64,000 nucleotides of DNA from a bacterium (GTDB lineage Bacteria; Patescibacteriota; Minisyncoccia; UBA6257; GWB1-50-10): positions 150,787 through 214,786 of the forward strand of contig JAKAIX010000001.1 in assembly GCA_021814165.1 (NCBI GenBank), read 5' to 3'. Shown piece after piece: positions 45,219 to 55,613 of the stretch. The translations under genes and the position numbers were made by a program. Numbering within the stretch: position 1 is the stretch's first letter; each line of letters begins with the position of its first letter. The notes beneath the pieces are model-generated. The model did no database searches, was not told the origin of the DNA, and saw only the letters and a program-made list of their open reading frames with translations.

Positions 45219-45458
45219 ATGATTATCTATTATATTCTCGGGGTTCTCCTTATTATCACTGTTTCATACCCTAAAATTGGGAGGAGGATTGCGGAGAGAT
45301 GGTATCTACCAGGAATCCAAACCATCGCTATTGATTCAATGATCGATCTCGGAGAAAAAGACCTCAATGATATCGGGAAAATGATGATATGGTGGTGGCC
45401 GGTTCTTGTTCCAATAGAAGTATTTTCTGATTTTGTTCTCTTCAGATTTTGTTATTAA
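45219..45458 (+). CDS. Small membrane protein
   Basis: 79 aa with two hydrophobic helices. Confidence 0.3.
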   Translation: MIIYYILGVLLIITVSYPKIGRRIAERWYLPGIQTIAIDSMIDLGEKDLNDIGKMMIWWWPVLVPIEVFSDFVLFRFCY

Positions 45459-45565
45459 AAGTAAGAGCGTCGTTTCGAAAGATCGACGCTCTGAATATTT
45501 TTAAAACGTTTATAACGCTTTGGTAAAGCAACCCCATTAAGATTATTACTCTACCAATGTCACGG

Positions 45566-46117
45566 TTACTCATCACTTACTAAAACAAACCTTAATTTTC
45601 TCTTTTTCCAGTACTCCCCTGCATATTCGATGCCGATACGCGGAGATTTTTTGATCTTCGATTTTCTTGTCTTTATCCCTCTGTCTTCGATCCAAAGTCC
45701 GGAAGACCTTGCGACCGGTTTTCCATATAATTTCCCATCAATATGAAAATATTTCGTGACGCGTCCGGGACCCTCCACGTTTTCGGTGCTACGGATCAGA
45801 ATTGCGGCAGGGTATCCTTTCTCGCGCGTCGTCACGTTCACGAGCCAGTGCATCCCGTAGGTAAAATACGGATACCAAATCCCCGGATGCCCGAACATCA
45901 CCTTGTTCCGCGGCGTCACTCCGCGCGAGGCATGCGATCCCTTGTCATGAGGGCCATCATACACTTCGACTTCCATGATCATCCCGGAGACCTCTCTTGC
46001 CTGCCCCGAGCCGCGTCGAGGGGCCGCGATACGCCGCACGAGATATTTCCCCAGAAGTTCCTCCGCTACAATTCCCGTATCCCGATTGAAAAACTTTTGA
46101 TTTAGAACTCTGCGCAT
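45566..46117 (-). CDS. DNA-3-methyladenine glycosylase (AAG/Mpg family)
   Basis: FFNRDTGIVAEELLGKYLV...MIMEVEVYDGPHDKGSHASRGVTPRNKVMFGHPG. Confidence 0.8.
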   Translation of the reverse strand: MRRVLNQKFFNRDTGIVAEELLGKYLVRRIAAPRRGSGQAREVSGMIMEVEVYDGPHDKGSHASRGVTPRNKVMFGHPGIWYPYFTYGMHWLVNVTTREKGYPAAILIRSTENVEGPGRVTKYFHIDGKLYGKPVARSSGLWIEDRGIKTRKSKIKKSPRIGIEYAGEYWKKRKLRFVLVSDE

Positions 46118-46130
46118 AATTTCAAAATCT

Positions 46131-46168
46131 GGAGGCCCGGCCTCCGCGAGCAGGAGGCCGGGCCTCTT
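46131..46168. terminator. GGAGGCCCGGCCTCC ... GGAGGCCGGGCCTC hairpin (family member)
   Basis: Read directly. Confidence 0.45.
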
Positions 46169-46371
46169 CGCATTAACCGTTAAAGCAATCTCTTTATCTC
46201 CTGAAGCACCGATTCAGGCACCGGATCTCTTCGGGGAGCTTTTGCTGGATATCACCTGTCGCTGACGCTCCTTGAAACCCAGCGGTTTCAACAGCCTGCC
46301 TGCACAGGCAGGCTTCCGCCACAGGGAAACTCCCGTTTCCCCGACCCCTTTCCCGTGGAGATACCTAATCA

Positions 46372-46788
46372 TTAAATTATCTTTTTTAATTCGACAAGTA
46401 CCTCCTGTGGTATTGGGTCACGTACAGGGGCCTTTCCTGGGTATCTCCACACCGTAATGATCTTTATCGCTTTTTGCTTGTTCTGTCTCGTTTTGTTATT
46501 TTGCATTCGAAATTTGGAAATTGCTCGTGCCGCAGGCGCGAGTTTGTACATCACCCAGATTTCCGAATATCGCTTGGTGCCCGCGGGCTGCATCACGGCA
46601 ACCGTGCGCGGCGCAATCCCCTCCTCATAACGCGTGGGAAACCGGATGATTCGCTTCACGCGGCTCTCCGCAAGCCCGTAATACTTCATCTTCACGCGCG
46701 CGTGGATGGTCCAAATAAACTTTTCAGCCGAAGGAGAAGGAAACATAGAACGAGAATTTCCAATTTTCAATGACCAATGATCAATCAA
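46372..46788 (-). CDS. Hypothetical protein
   Basis: 138-aa ORF with no motif recognised. Confidence 0.3.
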   Translation of the reverse strand: MIDHWSLKIGNSRSMFPSPSAEKFIWTIHARVKMKYYGLAESRVKRIIRFPTRYEEGIAPRTVAVMQPAGTKRYSEIWVMYKLAPAARAISKFRMQNNKTRQNKQKAIKIITVWRYPGKAPVRDPIPQEVLVELKKII

Positions 46789-46855
46789 TTTTAGAACTAC
46801 AAAATTTTAAAATTGTGAAATTAACTGGAAATTGATAATTGAAAATTTAGTATCT
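46745..46855. repeat. AT-rich palindromic block (AATTTTCAATGACCAATGATCAATCAATTTT ... AAATTGATAATTGAAAATTT)
   Basis: Read directly; intergenic between two minus-strand genes. Confidence 0.45.
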
Positions 46856-47411
46856 ACTTCCTTCCATATTTTCCCATCAGTACCGTCTCCTCAAGCACGT
46901 GCCCTTTGATTGCCGCCTCAAGTTCCGCTTTCGAGGCGCCCTGCGGCAGATCGAGCGTCACATCAAGCGCATAGAGTTTGAACATGTAACGATGTGCCGG
47001 ATTCCCCCGCGGCGGACAAGGACCCCCGTAATGTTCTTTCCCGAAGCTGTTTTTTCCTTCGGTCGCGCCAAAAGGAATATTATCCTCCATTATGTACTGC
47101 GTTTTCGGATCGATGTTCCATATAATCCAGTGATCCCAGACGCCGCCGTTCGACGCGTCGGGATCATCCACGACGAGTGCAAATGACTTCGTCTCGTGCG
47201 GCGCATTCCTGATCTCGAGCATCGGGTTCACGTTGTCGCCGTCACACGTGAATTTCGCGGGAATCGGATCCCCGTCCCTGAATACGGAGCTTTTTAGATT
47301 GAGATTGCCCATGGTTATCGATCGGGACGGGACTTCGAAATACAAGCATGCTCCAGCCCCCAACGCTATTATAATAGCGGAAAAAATGATAATTCGCACG
47401 TTCCTTTTCAT
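46854..47411 (-). CDS. YbhB/YbcL (PEBP/RKIP) family protein with signal peptide
   Basis: DDPDASNGGVWDHWIIWNI motif. Confidence 0.75.
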   Translation of the reverse strand: MKRNVRIIIFSAIIIALGAGACLYFEVPSRSITMGNLNLKSSVFRDGDPIPAKFTCDGDNVNPMLEIRNAPHETKSFALVVDDPDASNGGVWDHWIIWNIDPKTQYIMEDNIPFGATEGKNSFGKEHYGGPCPPRGNPAHRYMFKLYALDVTLDLPQGASKAELEAAIKGHVLEETVLMGKYGRK

Positions 47412-47461
47412 AGTCGCGTATCCTATATACTATATACTTAATACTATATACTAATAACCGT

Positions 47462-48583
47462 ATGCCTCATCTCGCCCTCTACCGCAAATACCGCCCGCTT
47501 GCCTTCGAGGATCTCGTAGGGCAAGAGCATGTCGTCCGCATCTTGAAGGAGGCGGCGCGCCAGGACAAGCTCGCGCATGCCTATCTTTTTGCGGGGCCGC
47601 GCGGCACGGGAAAGACCACGACGGCGCGCCTCATCGCGAAGATCGCGAACTGCGAAAAGCGCTCGAATGACGCGAAATTCACCGCAAAAGGCGAACCCTG
47701 CAACGAGTGCGCCGCCTGCCGCGCCATTGACGAGGGGCACGCAATCGACGTCGTTGAAATTGATGCCGCTTCAAACCGCGGCATCGACGAGATACGAAAC
47801 CTGAAAGAGAGCGTCCGCGTCACCCCCTCAACCGCACGGTATAAAGTGTTCATCATCGACGAGGCGCACATGCTCACAAAAGACGCCTGGAATGCGCTTC
47901 TGAAAACACTCGAAGAACCACCCGCACACGTGATACTAATCCTCGCAACGACGGAAATCGAAAAAGTACCGCTCACCATCAGCTCGCGTACGCAGAAGTT
48001 TTATTTCAAGCGCGCCACGCTCCAAGAGATCACAAAAAAACTGAAGAAGGTCGTCGACGACGAAGGAATTAAAATATCGAACGAGGCGTTGAATCTCGTC
48101 GCAACCTCCGCGGAAGGAAGCTTCAGGGACGCGGAGTCGCTTCTTGATCAGCTTATCTCCCTGGATGACAAAGACATCACGCTCCCCGAGGTTGAGCATA
48201 TGATAGGGAAAGTCGGATTCGACAAGCTCTCCCGTTTCGCCGGACTCCTCCTTGAAGAGGACGTGGATGACGCGCTTGCGACGCTCGCGGAAATTGAAGA
48301 CGGCGGATTCAACCTCGTGCAGTTTACGAAGGATCTTATCCAGTATCTCCGCCGCGTCACGGTGCTCGCGACAAACCCGAAAATGGAAGAATACTTCAAG
48401 GAAGAACTCATGGAAGAGCACCTGAAGACGATTACGGACGCGGCAAAGCTCTTCACGCCCGCGCACGTGAAGCTTCTCGAAGCGCTTATGGAGGCCTACG
48501 GCGAGATGCGCTATAGCCAGTTCCCCATCATCCCGCTCGAGGTGGCGCTTCTGAACGCTCTTCCTAAAAAGAAAGGGGCATGA
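47462..48583 (+). CDS. dnaX: DNA polymerase III subunit gamma/tau (short, 373 aa)
   Basis: YLFAGPRGTGKTTTARLIAK Walker A, zinc module CNECAACRAIDEGH, DEAH box. Confidence 0.9.
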   Translation: MPHLALYRKYRPLAFEDLVGQEHVVRILKEAARQDKLAHAYLFAGPRGTGKTTTARLIAKIANCEKRSNDAKFTAKGEPCNECAACRAIDEGHAIDVVEIDAASNRGIDEIRNLKESVRVTPSTARYKVFIIDEAHMLTKDAWNALLKTLEEPPAHVILILATTEIEKVPLTISSRTQKFYFKRATLQEITKKLKKVVDDEGIKISNEALNLVATSAEGSFRDAESLLDQLISLDDKDITLPEVEHMIGKVGFDKLSRFAGLLLEEDVDDALATLAEIEDGGFNLVQFTKDLIQYLRRVTVLATNPKMEEYFKEELMEEHLKTITDAAKLFTPAHVKLLEALMEAYGEMRYSQFPIIPLEVALLNALPKKKGA

Positions 48584-49232
48584 GAAGCAAATGAAGGAAC
48601 CCTTGAATCGCAAGCGTACATAACGCGGCGACGAGAAGCGGTATACCGAGCGTGGTATACCGCTCTTTTGTTACGAGCCCGCGTATCACGGAAATGAGCA
48701 CTACAAAAAGAAGCGCGAGAGGAAGAAACGCGACGAAATTCGGCCAACCGACCGCGAGAGCGAGTGCAAATCCGAGTTCCGTTTCCCCCGTCTCGAAAAA
48801 TCGCTCATTGTATTTCTGGAGCATCTTCAAAAATAGAAAAAAGAGAAAAGCGATAAGCGCGCCGAGAAGGAACGGGAACCAGAAATGCTGGAGCGAGTAG
48901 AATATGAAATATCCCGAAGGAACTTGGAACACTCCGGGGAACGTTTCGACGAGCGGCACCGGGATATTCTTCGGGAGCGACGTTGTGAGAAGCGATTTAG
49001 AGAGCGGATCTTGCGACCACACATAATGCTGACTCCACGTGAGAAGCCCCGCGTTCGTCACTTGAAGCGCGAGAAGAAGAAAAATAACGGCGATGAAAAC
49101 ATGTCTTCTCGTCGTTCCCTGATATTTCAGATAGAAAAAGAGCGCGACAAGCGCCGCTCCTCCCGAGATGATTCTCGGAAGCCATTCAAGAAACGGGCCA
49201 AGAAGAAAATTCGTCATAACTCCCGATATCAC
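48564..49232 (-). CDS. Polytopic membrane protein (possibly prepilin-peptidase-like; weak)
   Basis: Six or seven TM helices; no firm motif. Confidence 0.35.
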   Translation of the reverse strand: MISGVMTNFLLGPFLEWLPRIISGGAALVALFFYLKYQGTTRRHVFIAVIFLLLALQVTNAGLLTWSQHYVWSQDPLSKSLLTTSLPKNIPVPLVETFPGVFQVPSGYFIFYSLQHFWFPFLLGALIAFLFFLFLKMLQKYNERFFETGETELGFALALAVGWPNFVAFLPLALLFVVLISVIRGLVTKERYTTLGIPLLVAALCTLAIQGFLHLLLMPLSF

Positions 49233-49891
49233 TTGTTGAAGACAAGGTATTTTCCTTCGCCAACGATCCGTACTTTTTTGCCGGTTACCTTGAGCGCCGA
49301 GCGATCGTCTAACGCATATATCGGCTCGCGGATCTGCTCCGCAATCCCTTCAAGATACTTTTTCCTCAGTAGGGGGAAATGCGGCGAATTCAGATGCGGA
49401 CGAATATGAAAGTTCACGTACCCCAGCGCCTTATTCGCCCGATACCCGAATCGCTTCTCGTAATGGATCCGCTTGTCTTTATTACTCAATTCAAGCGTGG
49501 GTGCCGTAACGATGCTCCCCGCACTGATACCCGCATATACTCTTGTTTTTAAAAGATCCGGAAGAAGTTTCTTGAGCCCCGACTTTTCAAGCCAGAACAT
49601 CAGATGGAGGGTATTTCCTCCCGAGAAGAAGAGTACATCGGCCGCCTTGAGTCGCGGAAGCCATATTTTTTTCGGAAGTGCGGCGATATCAACGATATCA
49701 AGGCGCTTCAATCCTTGTTTTGTGAGATTATGGAGATCATTCACAAGCCATCCTTTATCTTCGGCATCCACATCTGCCGAGGTGGGAACGAACGCGATCA
49801 CGGTATCTTTCGGTTTTTTGCCAACAAGACTGAAAAGCGCGTTCGCAATGGATTTATTCGTTAGTCCGCCGGAGGTAAGTAGAAGTTTCAT
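49229..49891 (-). CDS. Peptidase S51 (dipeptidase E / cyanophycinase family)
   Basis: FFSGGNTLHL...VYAGISAGSIV catalytic Ser region. Confidence 0.7.
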   Translation of the reverse strand: MKLLLTSGGLTNKSIANALFSLVGKKPKDTVIAFVPTSADVDAEDKGWLVNDLHNLTKQGLKRLDIVDIAALPKKIWLPRLKAADVLFFSGGNTLHLMFWLEKSGLKKLLPDLLKTRVYAGISAGSIVTAPTLELSNKDKRIHYEKRFGYRANKALGYVNFHIRPHLNSPHFPLLRKKYLEGIAEQIREPIYALDDRSALKVTGKKVRIVGEGKYLVFNK

Positions 49892-49897
49892 GTTTAA

Positions 49898-50371
49898 TTA
49901 TGGAAGTTTTATTTCAATCCGTATATCAATGTTCTCATCACCGATTTTTTCGTCACTGTTTAACCACACTTTCTCCGGTACCGCTTTGTAGATGCGACGC
50001 GGGCGCATATCAAGAAAATGGCTCACATCCCTGAGTTTTTTCTTCTTCCTCGTGTAGAGAAAATAAATCGCCTTTGCCATTTCTTTTGGGTCAGTTACCA
50101 CAGATGCCTTAGCTTGCACATATACCCCCTCACCCGTTCCTTCGGGCACCGTCGAATCATAAATCGCAAGAAACACATTCGGGTTCGCTTCAATATTCTT
50201 ACTATGCTGAGCAGCTCTGGGAGAAACCCAATAGAAAGTGTAACTATCTTTATCGTAGGCAGAATATACGGGGCTGTTCCACGGTTTACCCTCGGGAGTC
50301 ACGCTCGCAATCGTAATGTAGATTATTTTCTCGATAATCTCCCTTGCGCGAGCAATCAAGTCCTCTTGCAT
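49898..50371 (-). CDS. Pyridoxamine 5'-phosphate oxidase-like FMN-binding split-barrel protein
   Basis: Size and the IASVTPEGKPWNSPV pattern. Confidence 0.55.
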   Translation of the reverse strand: MQEDLIARAREIIEKIIYITIASVTPEGKPWNSPVYSAYDKDSYTFYWVSPRAAQHSKNIEANPNVFLAIYDSTVPEGTGEGVYVQAKASVVTDPKEMAKAIYFLYTRKKKKLRDVSHFLDMRPRRIYKAVPEKVWLNSDEKIGDENIDIRIEIKLP

Positions 50372-50414
50372 AAGAAAATAATACCTCCCTCTTTTCTCGA
50401 GGGCAAACTCAATT

Positions 50415-51350
50415 TTAACGTTCCTTTCCCTTCAAAATCCTAAAGAAATCTTTCTTGAATCTCCCGCCGTCAACCTTCGTCGCAACGAGTACATTCACGT
50501 CCTTCATTCCCCAGATCCTCCGCTCCGCAACCGTCATGCCGCGCGTGAACTCGCCTTTCGTTTCAATCCTCACGTCCATCGGTTCCAAGATATACGCATT
50601 GGGATCAACGAAATAGTACGCGGCAAGCGGATCGTACACCAGCGCACCTTTTACCTTTTCGTTCATCGAGATTCCCGAGATGTATTTCTCCATCATTTTG
50701 GAAACCGGTTCGTAAAGCGGGGTGCCTTTCAGCGCATTAAAGTCGGACTTTGTGAGAATAATATCGTTGCACACATCGAGCGGCACAAGCACTTTCTCGA
50801 CAGGCGCATTGAACACAATCTCCGCGGCTTCGGGATCCACGAATATATTGAACTCAGCGACCCTGCTTTCATTTCCGGGAGCCGCGATCGAGCCCCCCAT
50901 AATCACCATCCGCTTTACGAGGCGTGGTAATTCCGGGTCGAGAAGAAACGCTTGGGCGACGTTCGTCTCCGGTCCTATGGCGAGGATTGAAATTTCCCCC
51001 GGATTTTCCCTTATGATCGATATAATCCTCCGGACCGCATCCCCCGTAAGCTTGCCGCCGCGTTCCACCGGGGCTCCGTCCAATCCGTTCTCTCCATGCA
51101 CCACGGCGCGTACCAGCGCTCTTTTGAGCGGTTTCGAAGAACCCGAATAGAGCGGCGCGTCGCTTCCCAAGAGCCCCAAAACGTATCTGGCATTATCCGT
51201 CACGTTCTGGATAGTGCCATTTCCCGCAACTGTGGTTACGGCTTTGATATCCACCATCTCCGAATACTCAAGCAGCATGATCGCCAACGCATCGTCGTGC
51301 CCCGGGTCGGTATCTATAATGATCGGTACCTTTTTATTGTTTTGTTTCAT
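50415..51350 (-). CDS. Inosine-uridine preferring nucleoside hydrolase
   Basis: VPIIIDTDPGHDDALAIMLL (DxDxxxDD) motif. Confidence 0.85.
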   Translation of the reverse strand: MKQNNKKVPIIIDTDPGHDDALAIMLLEYSEMVDIKAVTTVAGNGTIQNVTDNARYVLGLLGSDAPLYSGSSKPLKRALVRAVVHGENGLDGAPVERGGKLTGDAVRRIISIIRENPGEISILAIGPETNVAQAFLLDPELPRLVKRMVIMGGSIAAPGNESRVAEFNIFVDPEAAEIVFNAPVEKVLVPLDVCNDIILTKSDFNALKGTPLYEPVSKMMEKYISGISMNEKVKGALVYDPLAAYYFVDPNAYILEPMDVRIETKGEFTRGMTVAERRIWGMKDVNVLVATKVDGGRFKKDFFRILKGKER

Positions 51351-51459
51351 TTGTCTCCGGATATTCGAACAATCGCCGACACAGGGAGATGGCCCGATGC
51401 CTTCGAGAAAAAAATCCATGTTTGCTGACGATGCTGTTCCCGATCATTTTGAAATCAAA

Positions 51460-51867
51460 CTAATTTTCCTCTCGTGGATACAACCACAATAACACTCCGA
51501 CCCACAAAAAACCTAAGATTCCCTCCACGATGGTTTGCGTGCTTTTTTCAAAAGCTCCCAACGCGGCGAAATCGATCTTAAAAACTATCCAGAAACTGAA
51601 AATCGATGCGGCGGTGGCGCTCACGATCACCGCTTTCAGCATGTCCTTATTCTTAACCGGATCTCTTGCAATGACGATCAGAAAATATGCCAAGATAACC
51701 GCAACGAGAGCGATTACGGAATCTTGATAGGGCGCGTAGAGCGCTCCGTCAAACCACGGGAAAAGCGTAAGCCCGAACCAGTGAGCAACAGCGCCAATGA
51801 TGTAGTACGCGGCACCGAGGTATAATACGGACCTGAGCGCACCTCGTTTTTTTAACTCTTCCTGCAT
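51460..51867 (-). CDS. Membrane protein (4 TM)
   Basis: Hydrophobicity only. Confidence 0.35.
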   Translation of the reverse strand: MQEELKKRGALRSVLYLGAAYYIIGAVAHWFGLTLFPWFDGALYAPYQDSVIALVAVILAYFLIVIARDPVKNKDMLKAVIVSATAASIFSFWIVFKIDFAALGAFEKSTQTIVEGILGFLWVGVLLWLYPREEN

Positions 51868-51890
51868 ACAACAATTATACTCTCCTCACC

Positions 51891-52592
51891 CTAAAGAAAA
51901 TTCATTATTTCTTTGAGGTCTTCAACCTTCTTCCAAGCGATGTTTTCGAGATGGTGGGCTCCTTCCGACCTCACCATTATTCCGTTCCCGGTAAGAGAAA
52001 ATAATTTCACGTCGTTATAGCCATCGCCGACTACGGCACAGTCCGAGGGGTTGAGATTCTGCTCGCGGCAAAATTCCAAAAACTGTTCAAGCTTCTTTTC
52101 CCCCTGTTTTACATCGTAATCAAAATCTATCAGCTTCCCGCTTTCATCCCATACGAACCGCGCGTTCGGTATGAAATACGCTACCCCGAGCCGTTTTGCA
52201 ACCACCTCGGCATAGAGATCGACGGCACCGGTAATAAGGCAGATAAGATATCCTTTCGACTTCAGATAATCGACGAGCTCTTCCGCTCCCTCCCGGAAAG
52301 GCCAGCTCATGAACAACTTCTCAAAAAAATCCTTATTGGCATTCCCGGTTGCCTGCCACAATTTGAGTAACTCCCCTTTTGAGATTTCGTAGGCTATCGT
52401 TCCGTCACGATGTCCCCGATAAAGTTCAAGATGTTTCTCTACCGATCCCCCCAGATCTCTCGTAAGCGCGGTCCACGACACATCCGGAGTTAATGTTCCG
52501 TCTATGTCGAATATAACGGCTTTGAATGCATGATTATCGTTCATATGCCGATTCCGATATTCTTGGTGCTTTAGTTTGAAATTATCCAGCAA
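51891..52592 (-). CDS. HAD-superfamily hydrolase (phosphoserine phosphatase-like)
   Basis: AVIFDIDGTLT motif I, GDGYNDV motif IV. Confidence 0.75.
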   Translation of the reverse strand: MLDNFKLKHQEYRNRHMNDNHAFKAVIFDIDGTLTPDVSWTALTRDLGGSVEKHLELYRGHRDGTIAYEISKGELLKLWQATGNANKDFFEKLFMSWPFREGAEELVDYLKSKGYLICLITGAVDLYAEVVAKRLGVAYFIPNARFVWDESGKLIDFDYDVKQGEKKLEQFLEFCREQNLNPSDCAVVGDGYNDVKLFSLTGNGIMVRSEGAHHLENIAWKKVEDLKEIMNFL

Positions 52593-52625
52593 ATAAGCTA
52601 TTTTATCAATGTTCGCTTAAACGAT

Positions 52626-52696
52626 TGGGGGATCGTCTAACGGTAGGACACATCCCTTTGGAGGATGGTATCGGGGTTCGAATCCCTGTCCCCCAG
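52626..52696 (+). tRNA. tRNA-Gln (anticodon UUG)
   Basis: Manual fold: U1-A72 acceptor (typical of bacterial tRNA-Gln), anticodon stem CATCC/GGATG with loop CTTTGGA, T-loop GTTCGAATC. Confidence 0.75.
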
Positions 52697-52747
52697 CTCA
52701 TAAAACATTGAAAGCGGTATGAATATCCATGCCGCTTTCGTTTATAA

Positions 52748-53374
52748 CTAAGAACTGAACTGTTGAATTGCTGTAATAACTTCATCATCAGAAATATCAG
52801 GGAAGGAAAAATAAAAGATTCCAGAAGTCGGGTTTTTTAGCTTTGTCTCTCTCCAAAAGAAAATCTCGTAACTCTTGAACATCTTTCTGATCCGTGAAGT
52901 GACGACAGGGATGGCGATTATAATTTCTTTTACACCAATCAGCTGCATTGCTCGTACTACTATACTTAGGGTAGTACCAGATACGGCACCGTCATCACAG
53001 ATAATTACCCTCTCCTTTGGAGAAAATTCTTTTCCTGCATTCAAGAGCGCTTGTCTCTTTGAAAGCCCTTCGAATAATGGAGTAGGAAATCCCCGTAACG
53101 TAGAGAAATCATCAAAAGGTTTGATCTTATTCTTATTTGCAAGATATCCATTTTTCTGAGACGTGATACAAATGACACCATCATCAAAGATCTTTTTACC
53201 GATCGCAAAAGGAAGAAGTTGTATATTGCATCTTTTTGCAATCTCGAGACCAACCATCACACCTCCCTTGGCAATTCCTACGACACAGAAATCTGGCCAG
53301 CTCTTTTGATCAAGATTTTTCGCCACAATATCAGCAAGTATCTTTCCTGCATGAGCTCTGTCTTTAAAGAACAT
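52748..53374 (-). CDS. Type I phosphoribosyltransferase domain protein
   Basis: RVIICDDGAVSGTTL PRPP-binding motif. Start set at MFFKDRAHAG. Confidence 0.65.
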   Translation of the reverse strand: MFFKDRAHAGKILADIVAKNLDQKSWPDFCVVGIAKGGVMVGLEIAKRCNIQLLPFAIGKKIFDDGVICITSQKNGYLANKNKIKPFDDFSTLRGFPTPLFEGLSKRQALLNAGKEFSPKERVIICDDGAVSGTTLSIVVRAMQLIGVKEIIIAIPVVTSRIRKMFKSYEIFFWRETKLKNPTSGIFYFSFPDISDDEVITAIQQFSS

Positions 53375-53456
53375 AGTAACCTCCAACAAATAAGGAAAAA
53401 TGTGCGTGGAGAAGAAATTCCTCCACGCTTTATACAAACGCTGGGATACGGTTCTG

Positions 53457-53744
53457 TTAACAAGAAGAAATGTGATTGCTTTTTACCAGTTCTTTCATTT
53501 CATCAAGGTTAACGTCTAAATCATCTGTAATTGCCTTTGCGCCGCCTTCAACTAAATCGGCAGCGAGATGTTGTGCAACAACTTCAACACCTTTGAGCTT
53601 GCTTTTTTTAAAGCTTTTTCCATTCATGCGTTCCTGCACAATCTGGCCAGCTCTTGTAATAACAAGCTCTTTGAAGTCATCGCTAGTCATTTTTTCTTGA
53701 ATTTCAGCGACGAGACCGCAGTGATTGATGATATAGTCACTCAT
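53457..53744 (-). CDS. Hypothetical protein
   Basis: 95-aa ORF; carries the conserved upstream motif (see findings). Confidence 0.3.
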   Translation of the reverse strand: MSDYIINHCGLVAEIQEKMTSDDFKELVITRAGQIVQERMNGKSFKKSKLKGVEVVAQHLAADLVEGGAKAITDDLDVNLDEMKELVKSNHISSC

Positions 53745-53975
53745 TGGTAACTCCTAAAGATAGTTTATGGATATTTCTCCCTTAAAGGCGGAGAATTCAA
53801 CCTTTTTTTACTATTTAGTTTCTGGGGTGAATTAAAGCATTTCTTTGTGATGTAGTCAATAGCAGGCTTCGTACAGAGACATCACTCCAAAACTCGTTCA
53901 AAGATCGTCTAAGACCCATCAGCCCGACAAAATAATAAAGCGAATACATCGTATTCGCTTTATTTTTTCTAAGGA

Positions 53976-54830
53976 TTAAACCTGGATATACTTCTTCGGG
54001 ATGATTCCATATTCTTTTCTGAATTTCTCTTCAGGGAAATCATCAATTACAACTTCAAGTTCTGCTCCTTTGAGGTCAAATTTCGAAAGAATCGGGCAGG
54101 TGAATCCAAATCCTTTTAACTTAGTTTGGACGTTTTTGGGATCACTATCCGAGATGATACAAAATTGTTTATCAGATCCCAGTTCTTCGATCTTTTTCTG
54201 AATCTTCTGGTTTATCTTCCCATCTACTACCAGTGTTCCCTGAAAGTCTATAAACACTCCTTCCAGATATTTCCCTTCAAATCTTCCTGCAGTCTTGCGT
54301 TCCCAGTTTCTCACCTTTTCTATTATTTCTTTTTCTGTTCCTGTAAACCCGGCTTTTTGTGCTCGATCAAGCCACAATACCATTCGTTCGGGATCTGCTT
54401 CTGCGTAATGTAAATCATGGCGAAGTATCGAGACTTCTCGTTCAAACATCTCAATTTCGAACGCAAACTTCCCGAGTGTGCTTTCCTTTTTCTCACCCTT
54501 TTTCAACATCTGATAAGTAGTAACAATTTGAACAAGTTGAGGAGGAAGTTGAAGAAATGCAAGGTTTTTGTAGCATAGAAGTCCTGCCAACTCCGGTCTT
54601 ATCGAGAGAAGACCTTGCTTACTCATGAAGCTCATGAGAATTACTATCTTTTTTGGATCATCGGCATACTCTTTCGCGGTATTCAGACCATTAAAGTCTG
54701 TGCGAAGAGAAGACTCGCTCGATTTGTATTCAGCACACACGAGATATAGATCGTCCGCTCCGTTTTCTACAAGCGGAGTAAGTGCTCGTTGCAATGCCTC
54801 CTTCACGGGGCTTTCAAAAATTATTTCCAT
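53976..54830 (-). CDS. Hypothetical protein with C-terminal HAD-like motif (IDFQGTLVVDG)
   Basis: Start set at MEIIFESP because a TTGAAC-N15-TATAAT promoter lies upstream of it (inside the longer ORF-track version). Confidence 0.4.
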   Translation of the reverse strand: MEIIFESPVKEALQRALTPLVENGADDLYLVCAEYKSSESSLRTDFNGLNTAKEYADDPKKIVILMSFMSKQGLLSIRPELAGLLCYKNLAFLQLPPQLVQIVTTYQMLKKGEKKESTLGKFAFEIEMFEREVSILRHDLHYAEADPERMVLWLDRAQKAGFTGTEKEIIEKVRNWERKTAGRFEGKYLEGVFIDFQGTLVVDGKINQKIQKKIEELGSDKQFCIISDSDPKNVQTKLKGFGFTCPILSKFDLKGAELEVVIDDFPEEKFRKEYGIIPKKYIQV

Positions 54831-55010
54831 CTTTTCTATCTCCCTAGCTAGTTTGAAATTATTAAAGATAAATTGTGGATTAACTATAAACCGAAAGTAA
54901 TTCCTTGTCAATTTAAAACTAAGGGAATTATATACGGTCCTGTTCTTGTTCAAAGATCGTCCAAGACCCCCAGAAAGGTCAACGGGTCGATCCTCTCGAA
55001 TCGAGTTTTT

Positions 55011-55613
55011 CTAGAACGAGCCTGTTTTTACTTCTCCGTCGCGTTTGTAGTTGGCGAATATGACGCCCTTCGGAGTATACGAGCAATTCTCCAACGTGAA
55101 CGCAGTCGGGATCGCGCCGCCATCGAAAAGGCGCTTCCCGGAGCCGAGCGTGATCGGGAAAATTTTGAGCCACAGCTCGTCCACGAGATCGTTCTTGAGG
55201 AGCGTCTGGATGAAATTGCCGCTGCCGTGCACCTGAAGCTCCGGACCATCCGATTGTTTCAGTTTTTTTATTTCATCCACCACATTATCTTTGAGTATTA
55301 CGGTCTTTTCCCAATCGGAACCGGCGAGCGTAGTCGAAGCTACATATTTGGTCGCGGCGTTGATTCCCGCTCCGATGATGCCCTCGTTGTGCTGAGGCCA
55401 GTATGACCTGAAAATATCATAGGTCTTTCTTCCAAGGAGCAGATCAAAGGGATGTCCCAACTGTGCGATCATCATCGCACCACTATGCTCATCGCTATAC
55501 GGAACCGTCCATCCGCCATATTTGAAGCCGCCCGACGTATCTTCCTGCGGACCGCCCGGCGCCTGCATCACGCCATCAAGCGTGATGAACGAAAGAATAA
55601 TTACTTTTCTCAT
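55011..55613 (-). CDS. Dihydrofolate reductase family protein (RibD C-terminal-like)
   Basis: ILSFITLDGVMQAPGGP...GRKTYD. Confidence 0.7.
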   Translation of the reverse strand: MRKVIILSFITLDGVMQAPGGPQEDTSGGFKYGGWTVPYSDEHSGAMMIAQLGHPFDLLLGRKTYDIFRSYWPQHNEGIIGAGINAATKYVASTTLAGSDWEKTVILKDNVVDEIKKLKQSDGPELQVHGSGNFIQTLLKNDLVDELWLKIFPITLGSGKRLFDGGAIPTAFTLENCSYTPKGVIFANYKRDGEVKTGSF